From: Tubulanus polymorphus | Taxonomy: Eukaryota; Animalia; Nemertea | DNA: 64,000 nt | NCBI RefSeq assembly: GCF_964204645.1 | Contig: NC_134036.1 | Location: 5,796,600-5,860,599, forward strand | Direction of reading: 5' to 3' | Shown: positions 1 through 13,200 of the stretch, one piece after another | How the letters are laid out: every line of letters starts with the position of its first letter | Numbering within the stretch: the first letter of the stretch is position 1 | Position numbers and translations under genes: made by a program | Notes under the pieces: generated by a model | Seen by the model: only the letters and a program-made list of their open reading frames with translations | Database searches by the model: none | What the model was told of the DNA's origin: nothing

Positions 1-3000
1 ATAATGGCCATTTTGCAGATGTTGTAATAGACAGTAGTGTTATGATTATGGATAATCAGATTTATCACGAGTCCCCGGATATCCTAATAATGAAGGTAGT
101 TAAAGTGAAATTTGCTCATTGAACCTTTAAAGTACTAATTGTATCGTTATATTTTGGAATTGAAATTTATTTTCATTGAAATGTTGCATTATCGGACGAT
201 ATAACAAATACAGGCAAACGAAGAAAAATGTAACAGGATATAGGGGCTATTTGTTCTACACCAGGTTAACGCGGCTGCTCTACGAATCTTCTCAATATCG
301 CGTTTAGTCGTATTGCTTTTATCCGTATTGGTCATATTTTCTAAGAATGAAGTTGCCTTGTTTGTCTTTACCTGTGTATCATTCATTACTGAGGGTAATA
401 AGTAGGCCTACGTATATAAAGAGTGGTGGCTCAATTTAGAAAACGATTACATAGCATTCTAGTTTGCTGTAATGTATGAATTTAAATGTATATATTATAG
501 TTTGGGGGTAATTCGGCAGTCGATTGAAACTACGTCCGAGTTTCAGTCGCTCTGTTCGTTATCCTCCGACTGTTGATTATTTCACCGACGCGCGTTCATT
601 TGACTCTCTTTCTCGGGGCGACGGCCGCGACTGCTTCGGGGATATTTCGTCGTCGCTGTACCGAATTTCGGTCGCAAAACTTCATCCATCCGACCAGCGT
701 CGATGGCACCATTTCGCGCCGACCACTGGAAGCTCGTTACTACCCGGAGCAGTTGTCTGACGCAAGGCTAATCGTCGCGATGCGCGATCAACTGCTGGGT
801 GTCGATAGTCGACCGCGAACATCAACTAAATAACCAGTCCCAAATAATCGAGCTACGTCATCGGCCGGCTCAAGAACTAATGATCGAACGCGCTTTAGTT
901 CGGTCGTAACGCAGTTCGCGGTGTCGGCCATCTTGGAACTAGGCCCGAACCACGGCGACCGCGCTCTATCCCGTGGTCGGCCATTTCCGGGCCATAGTTC
1001 CGACTAATATTGACAATCGGTTTCGTTCGGTTCGACTGTAGTCGACTAACTCCAATAACCGAAGTTCGCGCTTGCGTAACACCAGGTTACCGACAGTCGG
1101 TTCGCTCGCTGCGCGCGTTTGAAGTGCGCACTTCGGCGATCTGTTTAAGCGGCGATGTAACGTTAGCACTGCTATACGTCGTGTTAAAGCCGTGCCTCGT
1201 TACAAAATCTAATCGTCACGTCAGAATGCAAATCTTCATAGATACCTAGTCGTCGCGGTTACTTCGCTGGAGCATCTCGAAATGTCGATACGTGTGTCAA
1301 TAAGAACGACTGTCTAGTTCTTTCCTGCCCCCTGTCCACCCCTTGATAAGACACATAAGACACCGTTCCGCGAGTTAATCTAATTGAGACAACAATCATA
1401 ATTTTGAGATGCTCCCTCAACATTTCACCGCGTCGTGCCGAGTCGTTTGCTGTTTTGTAACAAATTTCAATCGTTACAGTTCTCGTCCTCGCTTGCCAGG
1501 GTTTGGTTGCCAGCCCGGCCGCAGAATTTTACGCCGCCGCGATTTTTTTTTTCACAAGAGAGTTTCCGCCATCTTGTTAGCAGTGCGCATGCTCCCCATT
1601 CTATTTGTAAACACGATCCACACGTGTGCACAGTGCGTTCGCGGCTATTTACCTACAACCAAAACCGCGTCAAATACCCGCAAACCCGGGCACCTTTTCT
1701 ACGATTTTACATGATGAAGTAAATTTTTGAAGTTGACTCTTTTTGTCACGACGGGGTTTGCGTTGGCGAGGGCTTCAACAGTAAGCAATCGAACCCTGGC
1801 AAGCGGGGAAGACCTATTCTGCGCGTCGTCTATGCATCGTCTTTTGGGCGGGATTCGTTCTCGAGACCCGTGTCGGATAGAACCTCGTTTAGTGGTTATC
1901 GCAGTTTCCTCGAGTTTATTTCGGTGGTGGGCGAATTGCAGATGTGGTTGTCCGGCGGCGAAATGACTCCTTACATCCGACCCTATATGAACTCAATTAT
2001 TTCCGATATTTTAATATTTATGTGAAATTTGTAATATTTTCTATTCGTTTAGTTCATTAGTTCATCTGGTCGTCTTTCTTGATTCGATTTTCGGGGTGAA
2101 ACTATTTACTCACGTTGAAGGTATCAGAAAAATGATCGTTATATTCCTTCAATTGATAAGTTAGCAATAGCTATATAGGTTATTTAGAATAGTTTTACGG
2201 TTCCTGGTATCACTACTGAATTATGGTTGAACTGTGTACTGTGCTCGCATCCGTCATCGGATGCATTTGAACTGCGGACAGAATCATTACTATTTCGAAA
2301 TAGAAAAACACCTTTTGACTTTTTGGGGTCACTAATTTCATGAACCAATATTCTTTTTCCGGATACCAGCGGAGGCTTTTATCGCTTTCTTTAATTCGCG
2401 AAGAAAACGGCAGTTCATCAAAGTTTCACGGTTAGCATTTAGCGGTGCCACTTGGGTTTAGTCGCCGCTCTCCTCGAGCGAGGGACTTCGTGGCAAAGGG
2501 ATTCGCCATAATCTTGGCCCACAACGATGCGGGGTACAACCTCGTAGGTAACCCAGGTCAACGAAAAACAGAATCTCTCTTATCGACGACTACCATTCCC
2601 GATTCTAATTCATCCTCGATTAGAGTAGATATAGTCGTGCTGTATATCTGATATATCGTGTATTTCTCGTTCGTTTTCAATTATATATTATGTCCCAGCG
2701 AGGCTTCGATCCGAAATAAAAAAAAAACTGCCGAGAAAATGTCAACCTAAACGAACTAACCACTTTTTCAGTGATCGAACCTGAATTTTATTGGCATATA
2801 CAGTACGAAAACTACCAGAACCAAACGCTTCCACCAGAATGGTACGACGATACAATTTCATTCTATAATCAGCTATAATATCAGATATCGCGCAATCGAG
2901 CTACATTCCGTGAATTTGCATTCCTTTTCCCGGAGATTTACACGTATTTGGTATCATTTTTTTTTCGGACGTCGTGTATCTATAAACAGATGACGGTGTT

Positions 3001-3048
3001 TAAACTGTATGTGAATGTAGATCTCGACTGGTTCGCGTTCTGTCTGGT

Positions 3049-6000
3049 TTAGTCGCATTGACAAGTGAACGACAGCGCCTCTGGCGGTCCTGCCAGCAAG
3101 CTCGTTCCTTTGAATTGAAGGAACATGACGTCACCCTCGGCTTCGACTCCCGGGATTGGTGGGGCCTGTTGGCCGCATTCCCACTGGCTCCAGTCGGCCG
3201 GGTCATTGGTTTCTTTCACTTTATGTCGGAAACCCTCTTCACAGTCTCCATTAGCGTCTTCAGCGTTAGCATTGATGGCTGTAAACTCGGCCTTTACCTT
3301 CTGCAAGAAAATAGAATCAGTGGACGGGCGATGAGTTAGAGATACTTAATGTCAGAGGTTCAGAGAACCCTATGTGTCTGTTCTGCTCGCTGTTCTCCCG
3401 CTACAGCTGTGAGGAGAGAGGGTTCACCGAGAACCTATTACGTCTGTTCTACTCGCTGCTCTCCCGCTACAGCTGTGAGGAGAGAGGGTTCACCGAGAAC
3501 CTATTGCGACTGTTCTACTCGCTGCTCTCCCGCTACAGCTGTAAGGAGAGAGGGTTCACCGAGGACCTATTGTGTTAATTCTTTCTGCTATTCAGTTACT
3601 CCTCGCATGAGATGACAAACTTCTTTTCTATGGATACATATGAATTCAAGACGGTATAAACCTTACCTGGTCTTCTTTGGGACAAACCAATGTGAATGTC
3701 GTGGTTTTACCCACGGCGGCGGTCCACAATAGAGGGTTGGCACCTGACATGGTTCCTTCTGGACATTCTAACACTAGTCCCGGTAGTGGGTGCGCTGCAT
3801 AAGATAGAATATACAGATATTTGTTCCGGTAATACCCACGCGGAATTATTTGGGGAATATAAAATCACCGCGTAAATTCGAACTGATCTGGGTATACTGT
3901 ATCCTTCAGACAGCCTTTATCGGCAAGGCGCTCAGCAATGCTACGATCGTCGATGCCTCAATGGGGGTCTGATTTTACTTTTTACTGTATTTCATGACCG
4001 TTACACACAATGTTTTTAAGTTGTGAAAAAAAAATGAATTGGTTACCGTTAATATCGACGAGGTATCTTGGTCGACTCTATTAGACGAAACGTGTTTATA
4101 TATTCTACTTACGGCAGTGCGCGTGCGGCGGTTCACATCCCGGGGTTTTCGGATACTTTTTGCAAACGTACGGCGACGGTTTGTACGGGCGTGGCGGGTA
4201 CGGTCCCGGCATCGGTCCCGGCATCGGTCCCGGTCCCGGAGGGTAGTTCGGTCCTGGTGGATAGTTCGGTTTCTATAATACAATCGAATCGTGAGTGAGC
4301 TCAATGTCTATGCGTGTATAAGATTTCGAGCTCGACCCGCACGATTGTGATTATACTAATTATTGTTATTTGTATTATTATGATCATTTTCAATAATTTT
4401 ATCCGGCGAGATAGTGAAATCCGACAGATTTTGGCGTAGTCACCTAACGACCTAATTGTACACTAGATGGCGAACTAATCGAAAGGTCGACACTCAAGCA
4501 GCACGTGCTTTTGGTCTGTCTAACAGTCGTTGAGATGCTCAAACACTGACAGATTGCGATACCTATAGAAATTTTTTTGGAAAAATTGCAAAAAATCCCC
4601 AGATCTAAATACCACGAAGGGGTTTTAACGTAACGTAAGAATTAGAATCGTGATTGAATCACGTAGTATACGAAATAAGCCTAATCAGCGCAAAACCAGT
4701 GATAAATGCGTGGTTTCCAAAAAAAGATGAATCGTCATCTTGTCAGCGAGTGATCTACCTCGATTAAGCGTCGATTAGTACGGACAGCATTACAGCAGTA
4801 AAGAAAAGTAGAGCAACGCCACGGCGCTTACGAATACCAGTCTGACTGTATCGCATTGCTCACAACCACGATACCATTATCTAGTAAGCGCTTATATCGT
4901 GTTACTGTCTTTGTTTGCTAAAAATGAGTATGAAATGCATTTTAGGTATTTTCTGGCGAAATCTATTGTTTGCGTAATATTTAAGAGGGTCTAATCATCA
5001 ATGAGTGAACAGATTGATAGGTGGTCGAGTTCTCCTTAAATCATCTTGGATCCGCCCCAGGTTGTGTGGATATACAGAGAGATTGTGGGGTGTGGTTTTC
5101 GAAGATGAATACGCCTTATTAATTTCTGGGGGTCGGTTCCTCAGTTGAGACTTTAAGTCCAAAAATGGTCTTAAATTTTAAGACTGGTCTTAAGTTGTTA
5201 GATTGTTTATAGAACTAACATGGTCTTAAATTGGTCTTAAGTCTAAGCCATGACTATTAAACCGGCCCCTGAGGGTTAAAGAATTGCCTTCTGGGCGCTA
5301 ATTCGATTATTACGGGGTTCCAAACCGAGGGGAATATAAGCGCAATCATTGCGTCGGTATAAAGCGAGAACAGTGTATGGAATGAGTGGTTGCGAGTGAT
5401 ACGATACAGTCAAACCCTGGAAATTCGTTCTTGAGAAAAAACAGTCATACTTACCGTGTGCCACGGGAAGTAGCCGTGGCCCGGTGCTGCATGACCCGCT
5501 GAAATAAAAAAAGAACAAAATCGTTATTACATTTTTATGATAAGGCTATTATCATTCAGTTTTCCGCGAGTTGGTACGTGTATTGTCGTGCAGTGGAAAT
5601 CCTATCTGCAGCCAGGACTGACTACCCACAATATGAAAAGTTTTCGCCGTAGCCTGTGTTCAGTTCTTTGTCCGTGATATTTTCAGTCGACATTGTCAAC
5701 TTCAAACCCCACAAATGAGTCATCTACTCAGTTGCCAAGAATCAAAACTACAGGTGAGGTCGTCATTGAAGTCCTGGGTACAGATGTTGAAACCTGCATA
5801 TGTAGATGTATACAGCCAATCGGCCATATATGCAACAAATTATAACCTCGTCTAAAGTGACTGCAGTGGCTTGATACCGTTCGTAAATTGCTTCGCGCGT
5901 CGTGTCGATTTCTATCGCGTCGGTAAAGCGCGTTTTGCATCGATTTAAGCGCGATGTAGAATGCATTTTATTTACTAACAAAAAAAAACTTACGATTCGC

Positions 6001-6844
6001 CGGTGCCGGTGCAGGTGCCGCTCCGTACGACGGATTGTACGGTGCTCCGAACTGTTGGTGCATCGGACCCATCATTCCCCACGCTGGAAAAATCGAAAGG
6101 AAATCTTTCAATACAAAATCGTCGAAATAAAACAGGCTAAGCCGACGGGAAGTAGCGCGATAGCAATTGAATGAGATGTCGATCGAATTTTCCTCGGCTT
6201 TAAACGAATTCATGATAAGTAAATGGATTTGGATTGTGATAAATTGTTAACCGAATGAAAGCACTCCGCGCGCTAAATTCAAGATATACTAATAAATATC
6301 TCCGTTTCTCAAATTTTGGCATCGATATCTATTCGTCAATCTTGCAGCTTGAACATTACGGACTTAACGAGTCGGCTTGAATTTCATAGAAGTATCGTAG
6401 TCGAGTGCTTTTTCAATTTGTCGAAGCGTTTATAGTACAGCACTTCAGTTCTATAAGCCTAATTTCGTTTCAATCTTTTATCAATTATATCGACTGGAAT
6501 CTTTGACAAACTACCCCTCAGCGCTTCGTTCGAGAATACGAATTACTGTTCGAAAATGTTCCGAGGGATTCGTTCTTGGTGTATACTTACGACTTCCACC
6601 CATGAAATCTGAAGAAAAAAACAAATAAGGAAATTATTTCTATTTCTCTAGTAAAGGCTGCGTCCTTTCCGCGGTATTTGAAGTATTGTGCGAATTACGC
6701 TCAAATCTAAATACAACAGCATCGGCTTTTTCCGATAATGATATGCAAATTGTATGCAAATTCTTCACGCTTTAGAAAAGAAAAACAGTACTCACACGCT
6801 TGAGCGCTTGCCAGTGCTAGGATTACAGCTATGACGACCTTCAT
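3049..6844 (-). CDS. Secreted Pro/Gly/Tyr-rich protein with C-terminal divergent CUB-like domain, paralogue 1 (7 coding exons, 246 aa)
   Basis: Hand-spliced, all introns GT-AG and phase-consistent: 6844-6796 (MKVVIAVILALASAQA, signal peptide), 6608-6591 (YFMGGS), 6083-5994 (PWGMMGPMHQQF...PAN), 5498-5455 (PGHAAPGHGYFPWHT), 4272-4113 (KPNYPPGP...YVCKKYPKTPGCEPPHAHC), 3794-3667, 3300-3049 (KVKAEF...ECGQQAP...SFTCQCD*). Total 741 nt. AATAAA at 2787-2792 (minus). Putative 5'UTR exon ends at 7305. The CUB assignment is by eye. Confidence 0.85.
3355..3575 (+). repeat. 66-bp minisatellite, about 3 copies, in the last intron of paralogue 1
   Basis: Unit ttctactcgctgctctcccgctacagctgtgaggagagagggttcaccgagaacctattgcg...; same family as 13605-14205 and 20475-20800. 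Confidence 0.9.
5129..5268. mobile_element. Short MITE, PIF/Harbinger-like
   Basis: TIR ggg(g/t)cggtt...aaccggccc flanked by CTG. The related copy at about 17164-17292 is flanked by CAG; CWG target duplications are known for animal Harbingers. Confidence 0.55.
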
Positions 6845-7004
6845 CTGTGGTCATCGTGGCGATTTAGAAGGAGATTAGAGAAAAAAGAGACATGACAACA
6901 TGTTTCAATTACGAGCAATTATTTCCAGATGAAGGAGGTGAATGAATTGCTCCTAATCATCAGTAGAAGCTATGCAAGTGTGATACCATTTACACTCTAA
7001 TGCT

Positions 7005-7127
7005 ACTATTAGCTATTATCACTATAACTATTACTTCTACTATCATTATTTTGATTATCATTATTACCATTATCATTATTATTTTTATGCATTATTATTA
7101 TTATTAATATTATTATTATCATTATAA

Positions 7128-7183
<56 letters not shown>

Positions 7184-7238
7184 GTTATTATTATTATTAT
7201 TATTATTATCATTATTATTATTATTATCATTATTATTG

Positions 7239-7269
<31 letters not shown>

Positions 7270-7298
7270 CATTATTATTATTATAATCATTGATTATC
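7005..7298. repeat. (ATT)n microsatellite
   Basis: Long ATT/ATC triplet run. Similar runs at about 10900-11030 and 14660-14725. Confidence 0.95.
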
Positions 7299-7377
7299 AC
7301 TCACCTCGAGATGATTTTCTTGCCCGAATCTAGATCAAACGGTTCTATCTCTCCGGTTCGGCGAGATATTAATCCTT

Positions 7378-7414
7378 AGTGACGGTGCCAGGTCTGGCGC
7401 GATGGGGTTTTATC
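7378..7414 (-). promoter_or_regulatory. Putative core promoter of paralogue 1 (GATAAAA plus TCACT initiator)
   Basis: GATAAAA at 7414-7408 and Inr-like TCACT with the A at 7380, spaced as in paralogues 2 and 3; downstream donor ctcgag|gtgag at 7305. Confidence 0.45.
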
Positions 7415-7759
7415 CTGTGCGGATCTGTTCGCCAGGTGGCACATATTTTCATCGCTGACACGTCCGAAGCGAAATGAATCGTCGGTTTATCGGCGATTAA
7501 AACCGTCTCGGCCACCCGCTACCCATCGTGCTCACGCACACAAGCTCCGATGACTTATGACCCAGGCGCTCTGGTTACGAACAGAACTAGAAAAGATGAT
7601 CTAACGATTTGTTTTTCTATTGTAAAGGACATAAAAATCGGCCGCAGCACCAGCTGTGGCTGTTGTTAAAATCGCTGCAAAGTTTCATTTCAATGAAATA
7701 TGCACATAAATCTGTGGTTGAATTACGTTCATGAAACTCGAAATAGTTCAATACGTAAA

Positions 7760-8570
7760 GTCAGTTACTGAGGGACTGTGTAATGTAAACCAGTGTTTAA
7801 ATACCACGGCACAGGGGTCAGTTACTGAAAGGTTGTTTAATGTAAACCAGTGTTGAAATACCGCGGTGCAGGGGTCAGTTACTATGAGGTTGTTTAATGT
7901 AAACCTGTGTTCAAATACCGCGGTACAGGGGTCAGTTATTGAAAGGTTGTTTAATGTAAACCAGTGTTTAGATACCGCGTTACAGGGGTCAGTTACTGAA
8001 AGGTTGTTTGATAAAAACCAGTGTTTAAATACCGCGGTACATGGGTCAGTTACTGAAAGGTTGCTTAATGTGAACCAGTGTTTAAATACCACGGTACCGG
8101 GGTCAGTTACTGAAAGGTTGTTTAATGTAAACCAGTGTTTAAATACCGCGGTACAAGGGTCAGTTACAGAAAGGTTGTTTAATGTAAACCAGTGTTTAAA
8201 TACCGCGGTACAGGGGTCAGTTACAGAAAGGTTGTTTAATGTAAACCAGTGTTTAAATACCGCGGTACAGGGGTCAGTTACTGAAAGATTGTTTAATGTA
8301 AACCAGTGTTTAAATACCGCGGTACAGGGGTCAGTTACAGAAAGGTTGTTTAATGTAAACCAGTGTTTAAATACCGCGGTACAGAGGTCAGTTACTGAAA
8401 GATTGTTTAATGTAAACCAGTGTTTAAATACCACGGTACAGGGGTCAGTTACTGAAAGATTGTTTAATGTAAACCAGTGTTTGATACCGCGGTACAGGGG
8501 TCAGTTACTGAAAGATTGTTTAATGTAAACCAGTGTTTAAATACTGCGGTATAGGGGTCAGTTACTGAAA
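7760..8570. repeat. 57-bp minisatellite, about 14 copies
   Basis: Unit ggggtcagttactgaaaggttgtttaatgtaaaccagtgtttaaataccgcggtaca; produces 19-aa periodic ORFs on both strands. Confidence 0.95.
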
Positions 8571-9399
8571 AATTTCTTCATACTTTTCAACGGCCGAACG
8601 TCGGCCACGTAAATAAAATGAATCATTTCAAAACGATAGTAAAGCACCTACAGCTATTCATGTACCGGTTAAAGCGTTTCGGTAATCGCAAAACCGTCCA
8701 TTACGTGCGCGGTTATGTGGTCTTACGTCGGCACATTGCAACACGCCAGGTGTCCGTAATGGCCGATGATAAAGTATATCTATTCAAATACGGTTGACGT
8801 CCGGCCCCTCACGCGCAGCCGGTCACGCTGCCTGTATAAATCACGAAAAGGCAAGCATATCCGGGAAACGGCACCGTTGCAGTCCTACGTCGTGTTATAT
8901 AGCGGCGTGGTTGCGTAGGCGTTTGGCGATGGCTTCCATCTCGGCCAGTCGTGTAACATTCGACGAGTAGCTCAGCGGTACACTGTTGCATCGTGGCTGA
9001 GTGACAAGCAGGTTTCTAGCGGTACCTCGAAAACCGTGCTCCCGTCGTTTATAGTTTCGATGACCGATCCGAATAGATTAGATAGCGTTGATTTTTAACT
9101 AAGATACCAAGATCCGAACGGCGTAAACCGCTAGCCCACCAAAAGAGTAGGAAAAGGGTAACGATTTTCGGCTTCGATTAGGGTTCAGGTTGTGGGCTGT
9201 AGGTAAAACCTATTGGCTCTAGGTATCTGAGTCCAGCAGCACAGGGTTCGTCCATAAGGGCAAAATAACGTTTACACGAATAACGTCTGCCACATATCCA
9301 ATTCCTTTTAAATGACTCAGTTTTTGTCATGTTACGCTACCACTGGAAATGTTCGGATGAATTTCGATCGAATTGTCGAATTAATCCGGGGGCGTCGTC

Positions 9400-9608
9400 G
9401 TTTGTTTGTTGGTTTGTTTGTTTTTTTGTTGGCTTTACGTCACTTGGTTGGTTTCCCGAGACTAACCCGATTGGATTGTTTATTTAACGACGGGACGGCC
9501 TTACACGCGTTGCCCGTACACTGTAAGCAGTCAGCAGGACTCGAACCCACTTGTCATTCAGCACTGCTAGTGGATGTTGCAGCATCACGCCTTATCCACT
9601 GAGCTAAC
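9400..9608 (-). mobile_element. tRNA-derived SINE
   Basis: Minus-strand head tagctcagtgg (A box) ... ggttcgagtcc (B box), body shared with 38550-38810, (AAAC)n-like tail. Confidence 0.65.
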
Positions 9609-10255
9609 GAGGCCGCTGTAAAGCACACTAGCGACACCTGGCGGATCATGTTCGCTTGCCGTAAGCGGAACCCTCGATTGCCACAGTCGAACGTGACGAG
9701 TCGACGAAACAGCGTTTAAAAAACCTGACGTTTCTTGCGTTATCAAAGTTTTGGTAGACGAATATTCGAAAAAACTGATCGATAATTCGTCTTTGAAAAT
9801 AGTGCATACACAATCGAGTAAAATCGAAAGTTCACTCGGAACTCTATGTAGAAATGTATATAGGAAGTATAGGGCCATCGATACTGGAATCGTAGGTTCC
9901 TGAAATATTTAGATCGCGTTTCGAGTACTCACTTGTGTCTCAGCGACGCGCTCTCCGAAGCTCAGGTCCTGGAACACGACCTACGCACAATCATCTCGAG
10001 ATGATTGCCCGCAGACACGACGCACGGGGACGAAAACCAAAATCATATACAAACAAACGAATATCGTCTACGGCGAATAAACGACCTTTATTTCACAAAT
10101 GATTATGCGCTTTTCTTTTCCAAGCGATACGACTTTTTAAACTATCTAATTATATTCAAATATGTAAATAGCAAACGGGGTTTTCGCGGGTCGGGCGGGC
10201 GTTCGATGTGCGTCGGAATGGTCGCCCGACCGCTTATGGCTCCGCTGTTCGGCAT

Positions 10256-13200
10256 CTAGACGCATTCGACTTTGTATTTAAGAGCTTCGGGCGGTCCGCT
10301 CGGCGCGGTGGTACCGGTGACTCGAACCTGCAACAGTTCGCCCTCGGACGTGAACGTGTCCTTGTCTCCCGGTGTGCCACACACCAAAGCGCTGTAGTCG
10401 GCGTCCTCGTTGTTGCCCTTGATGTTGATTTGGAAGCCGTCAGCGCACGAGCTGTCCGTGTTGAAGAAATAATCGTCGATCGTGATTTTCACTTTCTGCA
10501 ATATCGAATAACGAAACGAGCGATGCATTGGGATAAAGCGCATAGGGAGGTCGGTTATACGGAAATAGTGTCTATCCGGCCTTCGTCGAAATAGAAATGG
10601 GATCAGGTTATCATTTTTGTATCAGTTCTGTCCCGCGATGCCGTCAGGTTCGAATCCCTCGCGGCGCCATCGGGTTCAAGCCCCGGTCGCGGCGGTGTTT
10701 CTGTTCGACGACGCGGTCAACCTACCTTACCAGCCTCGCACGAGTAATAAGTGGTGGTGTCGACTTTGTTTTCGATGTCGCCGTAGATGACGGCTACGTC
10801 GGTGGCCGCTGTGGTCGCGTATTTGATGGTACCTTCAGGTAATCTTGCTGAATGCGAAATAGAAGAAAATAAGTCTACATTTGTTCTATATCAATGGTTA
10901 TGATAATAATAATAATTTATAACAATAATAACAATAATAATATAATAACAATTATTATTATTATTATTATTCTTATCATAATAACAATAATAATAATAAT
11001 AACAACGATATTGATAATTATCACGATAATGCGATTTTAATAGCGCTCAATCCAGCCAGAATGCTCAGAGCGCTTTACATGTCAATAAATAACACCTCAA
11101 AAAGATAGCATTTCACCCGCTTCAGTGCGTCTACACTGCAGTGGGGTATATAAATCGGTGAAGGACCGCGCTAGTGCGCCGCATTGCAGTGTATCCATGT
11201 TATTCGTGATAAGTTTTTAAGTCTATTTAAAACATGGCAGCTTCTGCCGGTCGTAGTGAAATACTAGCAACTAACGATACACCGCACCGCGGCGTAGACG
11301 CACTACAGCAGTATTCCCGTTACACAACTAAATGGGGAAAAATCTTTTTAACCCTCTAGTGCTTCAGCCCTTATGTATAATATTTCCTATGTTTTCTGCA
11401 TACTCTCGCCGCATAAATACAACAGAATTCAGTAGCAGTTTCGAAAAATTTGAGAAAAAAATTTTCTTCATATTTCAATGAACGTAATGTGGACATCAGG
11501 CTATAGAGCCTGGTTCTAAAGTTTCAATTCATGACCACAATACCTGGACGCCATCTATCATGAAAACTATGTACTAAGTGTCAACTTCTGTGGGCATCAG
11601 GCTTTCCGGGCAATTTTTTAGATTCCTTATATAACTTGCAAGTCAGCTATGATTGGATTAAGTTTGTCCGCGTGCGTTTCCAGCACTTTTGGGTATCGGT
11701 TAGTCAGCACTGATGGAACTGATTGCTAACGAAGGCTGACAAAGCTTGTCCGACAATTTTTGGGCACTATTGGAAAATTCGCGGCCACTATGAGTAATAT
11801 TATAAAGGAGCAACTAATGAAACTTGATGAGCTGTTTGAAGTGCGTGAGGTGGACAGTTGAGTGTTGACGAGTTCGATAAATATGCGAAGGTGATTAATT
11901 GTTAAATGATAGACATTAATAGACTATAGACGAATGTATGAATACGCCCACGCTTGGAGTGGGAGCTTTCACCAGGTTCATCAGGTGAATGAGTGATGAA
12001 AATAATATAAATGCGGGTACTTGAAGTAAGCTAGTTTATCCACGAAGCACAATCCGCCTAGTTTTGATAGTAATATTCCGCTTAGACTGTTACCGGTATC
12101 AACTTAACCGCAGTAAGAGACAGTGCCTACTGTATTTCACAAACTCTTACTCAGTATTTGATACCAACTCGGGGTAGAATTTTACCGGTATCAACTTTAC
12201 CGCAGTGAGAGACAGAGTCTACCGTATTTCACAAACTCTCACTCAGTATTTGACACCAACTCGGGGTAGAATTTTACCGGTATCAACTTTACCGCAGTAA
12301 GAGACAGAGCCTACTGTATTTCACAAACTCTTACTCAGTATTTGACAGCAACTCGGGGTATAATTTTACCGGTATCAACTTTACCGCAGTTTAAGACAGA
12401 GTCTACTGTATTTCACAAACTCTTACTCAGTATTTGACACCAACTTTTGGGTAGAATTTTACCGATCTGACTTTTGACCGCAGCAAAAGATGCAGACAAG
12501 GTCTATTTCCATTGCTCGGATTGCTCGCCATACTTACGGCATTTCTTCTCCGGTTCCGGTTTCGGGCAGTTCGGATGGTTAGGGTACCGTTGACAGACCC
12601 ACGGAGCGACCGGGTACGTACTCGGCGGATATGGGTGAGGTTGGTAGGGTTGCTGCTGCTGCGGGTACTGGTAGAACTGCGATGGCGGCTGCGGCTGCGG
12701 CTGCGGCTGTTGTCCGTAGGGTGGCCACATTTGTTGATACGGCATTTGAGACTGAAAATACACACAGAATCGATACGCTATTCGTCTATACTTGTTCGAA
12801 GACGCTAAATCCAATATAGCACTATTATGAGGGGATTACGAACGAAATTATATTTTTCACAACTTTTTCGAAAACCGGGCTTTTGCTCGGTGAAGGGGAC
12901 ATTTTTGGACTCGATTTTATTACTTAGTACTTACTCCCGGGTATGCTGGATGCGTGTGAGCTGGATCTGTTGACTGTATAATGAGAAAAGTATTTGATAG
13001 CCATCACAATGTTTGGTTATATTAACGACCCAACTTAGGTGTTTCAGCAAAATTATGATTAGTTACTAATGACGGTTAGTTCATTCTCAATAACTTCAAC
13101 GATTTAGCATAATTATGATTAGTCATAATGACGACCTTTTTGATCTCAATAACTTCAATGTTTCAGTAAAATTATGATTAGTTACTAATGACGACCTTCA

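Noticed and set aside
500-1260. CpG-rich block with GCCATCTT/GCCATTT motifs as a gene or LTR element
   Set aside because: No convincing ORF, LTR pair or primer-binding site; it may be a promoter but cannot be assigned.
7009-7300. Poly-Ile and poly-Asn ORFs
   Set aside because: (ATT)n microsatellite artefacts; the same applies to 14496-14839 and to the (TA)n ORFs at 54380-54871.
7748-8528. 228-aa and 220-aa ORFs, or a CRISPR-like array
   Set aside because: Pure 57-bp tandem repeat with no unique spacers, open on both strands by chance, in a eukaryotic context with no cas genes.
9534-9608. tRNA gene
   Set aside because: A and B boxes are present but there is no complete cloverleaf; it is the head of a SINE with body and tail.
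11960-11995. Hammerhead-like CTGATGA-acctggt-GAAAGCTC on the minus strand
   Set aside because: No stem I pairing across the cleavage site and only a marginal stem II. A similar partial match near 23780-23812 has GAAG instead of GAAA.
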